Source: an uncultured Psychrobacter sp. (GTDB lineage Bacteria; Pseudomonadota; Gammaproteobacteria; Pseudomonadales; Moraxellaceae). Taken from it: 64,000 bases of DNA. Made by a program: the position numbers and the translations under genes. The notes under the pieces are model-generated. The model was not told where the DNA came from, ran no database searches, and was given only the letters and a program-made list of their open reading frames with translations. Shown here piece by piece: positions 27,746 through 35,665 of this stretch (position 1 is the stretch's first letter; the number at the start of each line of letters is the position of its first letter). Location of the stretch: contig NZ_CANMRN010000005.1 in NCBI RefSeq assembly GCF_947500265.1, positions 159,307 to 223,306 on the forward strand, in the 5' to 3' direction.

Positions 27746-28601
27746 TCAATCAAAACGAACCAATATTGCGGTGCCATTGTCATAAGCATTGCCATTGGAA
27801 TTATAAACTTGGTTCTTGAGATTGATTAGCCAATCTTGCAAATCAGTTTCAGCACTGACAAGTTGCCATTCATGACTCGTCACTAAGTCATGGATACCAT
27901 CCGTACAAACCAAGATACAGTCGCCGCTATTAATATCAATCTCGCAAGAGCTGCCTTCTGGTGCTTCAGTGCTTGTATGACTGTCATCAGCTGTCAATAC
28001 AAAGCATTCAGTAATGCTATATAGACTCCCTACCATACCTTCTCGGTTATAATCAGAAAATGCTGCTTGCCGACCTTGCTCTTGTGCCTGTTGGTCAATA
28101 AGTTCGTTTAGCAAGTTATGATCTCGAGTCAGGCACTGCCACTGTGACGCACCTTTAGGCAGCCAGTACACACGGCTATCATCCACATGCATTATCGTTG
28201 ACTTTATGGTTCCATCACCATTTAACTCACAGGCAACCATCGCGAGCGTTGCCGCCGCACCATGACGCTTAGCTGAATGCTTGGTTGATTAATCAGCTGA
28301 TGAATATCATCTGAAGTAATACTCTTCTGATTACCCCATAACCGTCTGATTGCTTTTACCATCGCCTTTGAGCAGCCCTGTGAGTGATTAGAGCTTGCGA
28401 CACCATCAGACACTGCTAAACAAAATGTTGCTACAACTGGTGTCACTGCCATCATACCTAAGTCTTTTTGATACCAATTATCTAAAAAGAAAAGGCGTCT
28501 TGCTGCAGGCTATTACTGGTATTACCTTGGAAGGTAATTGCGCTAGCTTGGGTGATAGATAGAGTTTCTTTTGAAAGAAAATTATTTGAAGAAGCAATCA
28601 T
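27746..28601 (-). pseudogene. PP2C-family Ser/Thr phosphatase gene broken by two frameshifts
   Basis: Three collinear pieces in three frames. (1) 28601..28482: MIASSNNF...GNTSNSLQQDAFSF* (NxD metal motif). (2) 28455..28222: ...ATFCLAVSDGVASS... (DG motif). (3) 28240..27746: GAAATLAMV..VDDSRVYWL..LTRDH..ILVCTDGIHDLV..YDNGTAILVRFD. The first break is at an A5 run (28484-28488), and adding one base restores ..DAFSFLDNWYQKDLGMMAV... The second break lies between ~28262 and 28288. Confidence 0.7.
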
Positions 28602-28633
28602 GATGGTAGGCCTATATGTTTATCATAAAAGCC

Positions 28634-28682
28634 AGTATAGAGGACAACTTGTAAATTTATTTTATAGGTTGCCCTCTATACT
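28634..28682. promoter_or_regulatory. 15-bp inverted repeat (19-bp spacer) in the divergent promoter region between the PP2C/WYL operon and the DUF262 genes
   Basis: AGTATAGAGGACAAC (28634-28648) and GTTGCCCTCTATACT (28668-28682) are complementary at 14 of 15 positions. Confidence 0.45.
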
Positions 28683-28786
28683 AGACTAGTAACGACAAAT
28701 ATCTTACTTCAACAAATGAAAATTAGGTTATTTAAAGAACTAATGTTTATTATATAATTCTGTAAATTTAAGGATAATTACTAATT

Positions 28787-30268
28787 ATGAGTGAATCAAT
28801 AACGCTCCAGAACAGAACGATAATCTCAGTAAAGCAGTTACTGAGTGAATGTCTACTGACTATCCCTGAGTATCAGCGCCCTTACAAATGGAATCAGCAC
28901 AATATCGCAAGCTTATTCAATGATATTAAGATGCAATGTGACAAGCCAGCCTATCGCCTTGGCACTATCGTGCTTCATAAGTCTAAAGATAAAGATGATA
29001 AAGACGTACTCAATATTGTCGATGGCCAACAGCGCACCCTAACGCTAATGCTCACCGTCATGGCGATTATCAAAAACTATCATCCTGATAATTCAACCAA
29101 ACCTAAAGAAGTAAAAGCTATCGGAAAAATATTAGGCGAACTATCTAATACCGTACCAGCTTTAGCTAAAAAACAAGAGTTTGCTAGCGATATATCCATC
29201 TACAATTTGCATTCAAATTTTCAAGAGATAATACGCATTATCAGCCGTGGTGAGCTAAGTATTGAACATATTGATTTTCTGCTAAATCAGTGTGAGGTGG
29301 TCATCTTTATATTGGAAGATGAATCAGAAGCCTTTCAGTTTTTTGATTCACAGAACTCCCGCGGTAAAGAGCTGTATCCGCATGATTTACTCAAAGCATT
29401 TCATTTACGTGAGTTTAGTGCCTATGATGAACGGCTCAACCCAAATATTAAAGCGCAAACTGTCGCTCATTGGGAAAGCTTAGCAGATGACGAATTGCAC
29501 AGGCTGTTTAGTCAGCATTTATTTAGGATTAAACGCTGGATAGATCATAAACCAGCCCGCAACTTTACCAGTCGTCATGTAGATATTTTTAAAGGGGTGT
29601 CTCTACATAAACAAAATTTACCGCACTATGCAAAAGCTATGATGATCACGCATCATTTTATCGATGATTATAATAGCAATATACACCGTCATATTGATGC
29701 TCAAGCAATGAACTACCCATTTCAGCTAGACCAAAAAATAGTCAACGGTCGTCGTTTTTTTGAAATGGTTGAATATTACGATACGCTTATTGAACGCACT
29801 AAAAAGATTGATATAGCACATACCTCAGAGAATAAAGACAACCATTCCTATGCAACTATCTATAACCAAACCTTGAATGAACGAGCATCGAAGATTGTTA
29901 AGATATTAGATATTTATAGTGATAAGTGGCGTCAGGGTGACAAATATACTCGCAACTTATTTGATAATACTTTGATCTACTATATTGATAAATTTGGTAT
30001 GCAAGACTTATCACAGGTTATAGAGATCATGTTTATTTGGGCATACAAAATACGCCTAAGACAATTTGCGGTAAAACTCGCAACGATGGACAATCATGCA
30101 GTTGACGGTATGTTATTCAAACGTATCAAAGACGCTACATTGCCTAAAGAAGTATGGATCGCTGGTGTTCAACCTCTAAGAGGCAATGACATAAAAGAGT
30201 CTAATAAAAAAACTGATAACGACATATACCAATTATTTGATCACCTCAACTATTTGACTGATAAATAG
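28787..30268 (+). CDS. DUF262 (GmrS/ParB-like NTPase) domain protein
   Basis: IPEYQRPYKW and VDGQQRTLTL are the two hallmark DUF262 motifs. No C-terminal His-Me nuclease motif was seen. Confidence 0.8.
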   Translation: MSESITLQNRTIISVKQLLSECLLTIPEYQRPYKWNQHNIASLFNDIKMQCDKPAYRLGTIVLHKSKDKDDKDVLNIVDGQQRTLTLMLTVMAIIKNYHPDNSTKPKEVKAIGKILGELSNTVPALAKKQEFASDISIYNLHSNFQEIIRIISRGELSIEHIDFLLNQCEVVIFILEDESEAFQFFDSQNSRGKELYPHDLLKAFHLREFSAYDERLNPNIKAQTVAHWESLADDELHRLFSQHLFRIKRWIDHKPARNFTSRHVDIFKGVSLHKQNLPHYAKAMMITHHFIDDYNSNIHRHIDAQAMNYPFQLDQKIVNGRRFFEMVEYYDTLIERTKKIDIAHTSENKDNHSYATIYNQTLNERASKIVKILDIYSDKWRQGDKYTRNLFDNTLIYYIDKFGMQDLSQVIEIMFIWAYKIRLRQFAVKLATMDNHAVDGMLFKRIKDATLPKEVWIAGVQPLRGNDIKESNKKTDNDIYQLFDHLNYLTDK

Positions 30269-30282
30269 AGAAAAATAAAATT

Positions 30283-32538
30283 ATGAAAAACTATAATCCG
30301 AGCGCAACCGAGCAAGTGATACTACTAACACCAAAGGGGCTGCTTAACGGCACCGAGCACTATCTAATTCCGATGTATCAGCGTAATTATGCTTGGGGCA
30401 ATAGTGAGATTGAACAGCTTATTGTCGATATTATGGACGCTCAAATTGATGCGAAAAATTCAAAGGAACATAAGAACTATTATCTAGGTACACTGGTAGT
30501 ATTTGAAAGACCACAACTATCTTCAAAACGTACAGTGTTTGAAGTTATTGACGGTCAACAACGCTTTACTACTCTGAGCTTATTAATCATATATCTAAAG
30601 AATTACTTTACAACTATAGATAGCGACTATGATATGTCATGGTATACAGAACAAAACATTGAGTTTGAAAGCCGTCCGAAATCTACTCAGACGTTAGAGT
30701 TACTACTGAATGACAATCTAGAAACCTATGAGCACCTTCATGAAGCTAAGCTAAATCCCGTTATTATCAACGGCTATACGTCTATTAGAGAAGTAATGGA
30801 AAGTAAATTTTTTTCCCCTAATAATGATAACCAACAACCCACTACAACCCTTCAAGAGTTTTGTGATTATCTATTTCAATATGTACAGATTGCTCGTGTA
30901 CCTGTGCCTGACGAAACGGATTTAAATCATTATTTCGAAGTTATGAATAACCGAGGTGAGCAATTAGAGAAGCATGAAATTATTAAAGCACGTTTGTTGT
31001 CAGTCATTGAAAAGGCAAACGAAAGTGAGATAGCGCTTGCGGACAAACAACCAGTTAAAGCTTTGATTCATGATGTTTGGGAAGCCTGTGCCAATATGAA
31101 TAAATACGTACAGTATGGCTTCAATACTACTTTACGCTTTAAGTTGTTTTCAGAGAATTTAACTCTTTTGCGGCCTAAAGATTTTGATGAACTGCTTAGG
31201 ATATATAAAGACTCTGATAATCCGAACTATTCCCAGCCAGATAATGAACAGTATTCTGACTGTAACAATGATGCTCAAAACAATAAATTGAAGCCACTTC
31301 CTTCTCTTTTCCACATCCTTGAAAATGGTTTTGCCAGTCCACCTAACCCTAGCAATACCGCGGATAAAGAAGAAGATGACGGTAATAGTGAGACTTACTA
31401 TAGCTTAGTGAATTTCTCAAGCTTTCTTTTACATGCTTTGAGAATCATGGTTAACGTGCAGTCCTCATATAAAAAAGACATCGCACTTGATGACAAACAG
31501 CTGCTAACCCAGTTTGAAACCTTTATCTTAAAACCATCCAACTTAGAAAATGCTCACACTTCAAATACTGAGCAAAGTATAGAAACTAACAATCAGATAA
31601 CGCCTTTGTCTCAAGTAAAGACCTTTATATACTCATTACTTAAAAGCAAATTTATCTTTGATCACTTTATAATAAAGCGCAACACTCAAGACAGTAAAGG
31701 ACAATGGACGCTTAATAAGCTAATCAAGAATGAAGATAAAAAAAACAGCTACTACAAAAATAGCTTTGAGACTGACACTGACAAACTAGTGATGTTGCAA
31801 AGTGCTTTTCATGTCTCAACTCCTACTACGAACTATAAGCACTGGCTTAATGCCGTTTTATATTATGCTTGTAAGCATTATAAACATGATGAAATGGGGC
31901 TTAATAGCGTAGCGTATCTTGACTATTTAGAAGAGATAGCTCGCGCCTTTATGTTAAAGCGTTATTTGACTGATGAACCTGATGATTACCATAAAATCAT
32001 TTATCAAACCTCAGACTTCAATAAGCTATTGACTGAACATACCCATGACAACTTGAGTACTGATAATCTACGTATACAAATTAAGCAGTATCTCAGGTAT
32101 GGCAATATCCGCAACATTTTTGTATTTAATTATTTAGATTATCTGCTTTGGTTAAACGGTAACTATCCTAAGTTTACCTTTACCGCTAGAAGCTCTGTAG
32201 AACACTTTTATCCGCAAAATAAGCGAAACGACAGTATATTTTTGGAAGATAAAGACGCAAAAGATTCACTGTTGCACTCTTTTGGTAATTTATGTTTGAT
32301 TAGCCATAGCCTTAATTCACGTGTGAGTAATGATATGCCTGATGTTAAGGTAAAGTATTTCTCACAAAATGGAAATATGCAAAGTGGGCAAATCGATAGC
32401 TTAAAGCTACTGAAAATGATTGATTGCATACAAGGTAAACCAGATGCGTGGGATAAAAAAATAATTGCTCAGCATGAAACTGAAATGTTAAATATTATGC
32501 TGCAAGGGCTAAATTTAGCAGGTGTATCTTATGAGTAA
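30283..32538 (+). CDS. GmrSD-like type IV (modification-dependent) restriction enzyme, DUF262 + DUF1524
   Basis: N-terminus IPMYQRNYAWG and IDGQQRFTTL (DUF262). C-terminus SSVEHFYPQN...HSFGNLCLISHSLNSRVSN (DUF1524 His-Me finger). It starts 14 nt after the upstream DUF262 gene. Confidence 0.85.
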   Translation: MKNYNPSATEQVILLTPKGLLNGTEHYLIPMYQRNYAWGNSEIEQLIVDIMDAQIDAKNSKEHKNYYLGTLVVFERPQLSSKRTVFEVIDGQQRFTTLSLLIIYLKNYFTTIDSDYDMSWYTEQNIEFESRPKSTQTLELLLNDNLETYEHLHEAKLNPVIINGYTSIREVMESKFFSPNNDNQQPTTTLQEFCDYLFQYVQIARVPVPDETDLNHYFEVMNNRGEQLEKHEIIKARLLSVIEKANESEIALADKQPVKALIHDVWEACANMNKYVQYGFNTTLRFKLFSENLTLLRPKDFDELLRIYKDSDNPNYSQPDNEQYSDCNNDAQNNKLKPLPSLFHILENGFASPPNPSNTADKEEDDGNSETYYSLVNFSSFLLHALRIMVNVQSSYKKDIALDDKQLLTQFETFILKPSNLENAHTSNTEQSIETNNQITPLSQVKTFIYSLLKSKFIFDHFIIKRNTQDSKGQWTLNKLIKNEDKKNSYYKNSFETDTDKLVMLQSAFHVSTPTTNYKHWLNAVLYYACKHYKHDEMGLNSVAYLDYLEEIARAFMLKRYLTDEPDDYHKIIYQTSDFNKLLTEHTHDNLSTDNLRIQIKQYLRYGNIRNIFVFNYLDYLLWLNGNYPKFTFTARSSVEHFYPQNKRNDSIFLEDKDAKDSLLHSFGNLCLISHSLNSRVSNDMPDVKVKYFSQNGNMQSGQIDSLKLLKMIDCIQGKPDAWDKKIIAQHETEMLNIMLQGLNLAGVSYE

Positions 32539-32760
32539 CGTGGACGATATAGAAATATTCACTCAAAACCGTGTCATACGCTTTTTTACCGATACGCTAG
32601 GCTATCGCTATCTATGCAACTGGCAGTAAAAACATAGAGCGCGACACCTTGGAGCAATGGTTGAAAAAGTACGATTTTAGTATGCCCTGATCACACATGC
32701 TATCAGTATCTTGAAAAAGGCAACCTTTTTAAGAAGTGGCATCAAGCTTGACCTCTGCTG
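32531..32760 (+). pseudogene. Remnant of a type I restriction enzyme R subunit (HsdR) N-terminus
   Basis: An ATG at 32531 overlaps the GmrSD-like stop (ATGAGTAA). The translation MSNVDDIEIFTQNRVIRFFTDTLGYRYLCNWQ* is followed, in shifted frames, by NIERDTLEQWLKKYDFS and LITHAISILKKATFL. This resembles the conserved HsdR N-terminal block (..LGY.YLGNW..R..NsNIE..lL..wL.k.GYs..li..Al..L.ka). Only about 75 codons are left. Confidence 0.4.
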
Positions 32761-32799
32761 TCAAATCTGTAGACATTAACTTGAGAGATTTTAATCAAT

Positions 32800-33100
32800 A
32801 AATAGTCTGGTCTGGTCAGATCGATGGGACTGTCTGTGGCTAGCAAGTACAAAAGATGAAAGCTAAATGGGGTAGCTGCAATATTGAGCAATGGCGAATA
32901 TTACTTAATCTTGAATTGGCTAAAAAGCCCTTCCCGGTTTAGAGTATATTATCGTGCATGAGTTATTACACTTTAAGGAACGATAGCACAACGATAGATT
33001 TAAAGCATTATTAGATACACACATATCTGACTGGAGATCGAGACGTGACTTACTTGATCGGTTGCCTGTAGGTCAAAATGACTGGCAACAGCGAGAGTAG
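32800..33100 (+). pseudogene. Remnant of a YgjP/DUF45-type (HExxH) metallopeptidase gene, C-terminal half, with frameshift and in-frame stops
   Basis: VQKMKAKWGSCNIEQWRILLNLELAKKPFPV* is followed in another frame by LEYIIVHELLHFKER*HNDRFKALLDTHISDWRSRRDLLDRLPVGQNDW. This is the WGSC...HELxH...W pattern typical of DUF45 genes that accompany type I R-M loci. Confidence 0.5.
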
Positions 33101-33254
33101 TATCTTATTGTCTGATCAGATATATAGATTCGCTACTTTTAAGCTAGATATAGGCTGGCTTGAGATTTGTCAGATGCCAACCACCTCATTAGTGCGGTTA
33201 TAAGAATATCAATATCATAAATTCATATACGATGTGACTGATTTTTATAGAAGT

Positions 33255-33322
33255 AAAAAAGGTTGCCAACACTATATTGTGCATAGTGTTAGCAACCTTT
33301 CTTTAATTGGTATTTTACTTAG
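33255..33322. repeat. Hairpin-containing ~65-bp repeat, copy 1 (second copy at 37790-37855)
   Basis: AAAAAAGGTTGCCAACACTAT-ATTGTGC-ATAGTGTTAGCAACCTTTCTTTAATTGGTATTTTACTTAGG has a 15-bp stem with one mismatch. The same stem and the same 3' flank recur at 37790-37855. Confidence 0.55.
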
Positions 33323-33347
33323 GTGATGTGCTTAATATTGGGGTTTG

Positions 33348-33383
33348 AAAGACCTCACAACCTACCAGTTGTGAGGTCTTTTC
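33348..33383 (+). terminator. Perfect 14-bp stem-loop followed by a T-run (orphan terminator-like hairpin)
   Basis: AAAGACCTCACAAC-CTACCA-GTTGTGAGGTCTTTTC. No intact gene ends nearby. Confidence 0.45.
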
Positions 33384-33781
33384 ATGTCTCATCGCATCAT
33401 AACATTGCATCACTTACGATCCCTTTTCATACAAGATACCGAATATCTGGCATCAATACTTACGCCAATCCACTCATACCTTTAGGTCTTCCAAACTCAT
33501 TCAAGATATAAGCGTAATTCCCCACTCTCAAAATACAAAAAACCCTTTCAATCTTTAGATTTCATAGCTTGAAAGGATTTATCTATTCCATTTTTATCTA
33601 GGTAAACGTCTTAATGTTGGGGTTTGAATGCTACAACCACTTGTTGAATAGTATTTTACAGAGTCTATAAAGATTAATGATATGGCAAGAAATGCTCTAT
33701 TTATGGCACGAGTTGTCAAGCGACCATGAATTGTATCTGCGTATAATCATGAGACACCCATGGTAATACAAGGATAAGTAT

Positions 33782-35398
33782 ATGGCAGCTTCTGAGTTTG
33801 ATTATATTATTACAGGTGCAGGATCAGCAGGTTGTGCCATTGCCGCGCGATTGATTCAGGCAAATATAGGTACGGTGTTGTTGCTAGAAGCCGGCCCCAA
33901 GGACAGCAGTTTGTTTCATAAAATTCCAGCCACTGTGCTTCAGGTCTTCCAAAAAAAATCTTGGGCATACACCACCCTACCTCAAAAAGAATGTAATAAC
34001 CGTGAAATGCTGATTGCTCAGGGCAAAGTGCTTGGCGGTGGTAGTTCTGTCAATGGCATGATTTATATTCGCGGTCAAAAAGAAGACTATGACGATTGGA
34101 AAAACCACTGGGGATGCGATGGTTGGGGTTATGATGATGTTCTACCATTTTTCAAAAACGCCGAAGCCAATGAAAGCTTGGGTGATAAATACCACGGCGA
34201 AACAGGCGCGGTTCCCGTTAGTGAAAACAGATATCGCCACCCCTTAACACAGGCTTGTATTCGAGCATGCCAGCAAATGGGCTTGCCTTATACCAATGAT
34301 TTTAATGGCGCCTCACAAGAAGGTGTTGGCTTTTATCAAACAACGACTAAAAATGGCGAACGTGCAAGTACCTCTAAAACCTATTTAGAATCGGTTAAAA
34401 ACAGCCCTAACTTAACCGTACTGACAGAGGCCTTAGTACACAAAGTCACAATACAAGATAATGTCGCGTCTGGTGTTGAATACTCTGTCAAAGGGGGTCA
34501 AACAATAACTGCTAAAGCCCGACAAGAAGTAATTATCTCATCGGGTGCATTTGGTAGTCCTAAAATATTATTGCTTTCTGGTATAGGCCCTAAAGCACAT
34601 CTTGATGAAATGGGTATTGAGGTCAAAGCAGATCTTCCTGTTGGTGAAAACTTCCACGACCATCAACACATGTCAATCAACGCGACAACCAAAGAAGACA
34701 TTAGTATTTTTGGTCAAGACAAAGGCCTATCTGCTATCAAACACATGCTTCAATGGCTGTCTTCTCGCTCAGGGTTAATGACGAGTAATATTTTAGAAGG
34801 TGGCGCGTTTATCGATAGTGAAAACGTGGGGCGACCAGATATTCAGTTTCATTTTTTACCTTTATTAGACAATTTTGATAATACCCCTGGAGAAAAACCA
34901 GAGGCTGAAGGTCATGGCGTGTCTATCAAAGTGGGCCACTTAAGGTCAAAATCACGAGGTACGGTTCGCTTAAAGTCAACCAATCCTAACGATTTGGTCG
35001 AAATTGATGCGCAAATACTATCGCACCCAGACGATTTAAAAAATCAGATACGGGCGGTGCAAACCGCTTTAAAGGCGATGCAACAGCCAGCATTAAAGCA
35101 TATTATTAAAAAAGTGGTTGAGCCTAATAATATCGCTATCGATGACTATGAAGGGCTTAAAACATTCGTTCGAGAAAACATCAAAACAGTTTATCACCCA
35201 GGAGGTACCTGCAAAATGAGCACAAACCCTAATGATGCGGTAACCGATTTAGCGCTCAAGGTGCATGGTGTGAAAAACCTTCGCGTTATTGATTTATCTA
35301 TTTGTCCCCAACTGCCTAGTGGCAATACCAATGCGGTGGCGATGATGATTGGCGAGCGCGGTGCTGACTTTATTATTCATGAGGCGTCAAAAGAGTAA
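33782..35398 (+). CDS. GMC-family FAD oxidoreductase (choline dehydrogenase-like)
   Basis: 538 aa. It has the N-terminal FAD fold DYIITGAGSAGCAIAARL, the GMC signature GKVLGGGSSVNGMIYIRG and a C-terminal HPGGTCKMS active-site region. Confidence 0.85.
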   Translation: MAASEFDYIITGAGSAGCAIAARLIQANIGTVLLLEAGPKDSSLFHKIPATVLQVFQKKSWAYTTLPQKECNNREMLIAQGKVLGGGSSVNGMIYIRGQKEDYDDWKNHWGCDGWGYDDVLPFFKNAEANESLGDKYHGETGAVPVSENRYRHPLTQACIRACQQMGLPYTNDFNGASQEGVGFYQTTTKNGERASTSKTYLESVKNSPNLTVLTEALVHKVTIQDNVASGVEYSVKGGQTITAKARQEVIISSGAFGSPKILLLSGIGPKAHLDEMGIEVKADLPVGENFHDHQHMSINATTKEDISIFGQDKGLSAIKHMLQWLSSRSGLMTSNILEGGAFIDSENVGRPDIQFHFLPLLDNFDNTPGEKPEAEGHGVSIKVGHLRSKSRGTVRLKSTNPNDLVEIDAQILSHPDDLKNQIRAVQTALKAMQQPALKHIIKKVVEPNNIAIDDYEGLKTFVRENIKTVYHPGGTCKMSTNPNDAVTDLALKVHGVKNLRVIDLSICPQLPSGNTNAVAMMIGERGADFIIHEASKE

Positions 35399-35407
35399 TT
35401 GTTGTCT

Positions 35408-35518
35408 GCCCGATATTAGCGAAACAGATAGAACGTTGATACTAAGAGTGCTAGCAAAGATACATGAGTTGTAACCATCAAAATAAAGAAGCACTCAGGC
35501 CAAGCCGCTAATATCGGG
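35408..35518. repeat. Perfect 13-bp inverted repeat flanking 85 bp, just after the GMC oxidoreductase stop
   Basis: CCCGATATTAGCG (35408-35420) and CGCTAATATCGGG (35506-35518). An inner 7-bp pair GAGTGCT/AGCACTC is also present. Confidence 0.5.
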
Positions 35519-35665
35519 GTATTTACCAAAAAACTTTTATCAAATAACACTTACCCATAAACGTAATTATTATTTATTTTACTTTTCAACTAATTATCTT
35601 CTCATTATGCTATTTTTAATGATATGAAAATATCTTTTGAATTCTTCGGTGCATAGGAGAGGTAG

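Noticed and set aside
33323-33511. 62-aa plus-strand ORF in the island-edge debris
   Set aside because: It starts at GTG and reads straight through the adjacent 11-mer repeat and the 14-bp stem hairpin. It has no SD and is not credible as a gene.
12797-33800. Search for a direct repeat of the tRNA-Arg 3' end (attR) to close the island
   Set aside because: I found no convincing copy of GAGTTCGAGTCTTGGTGGGCGCACCA or its 3' half by eye. The right border is therefore reported only as approximate.
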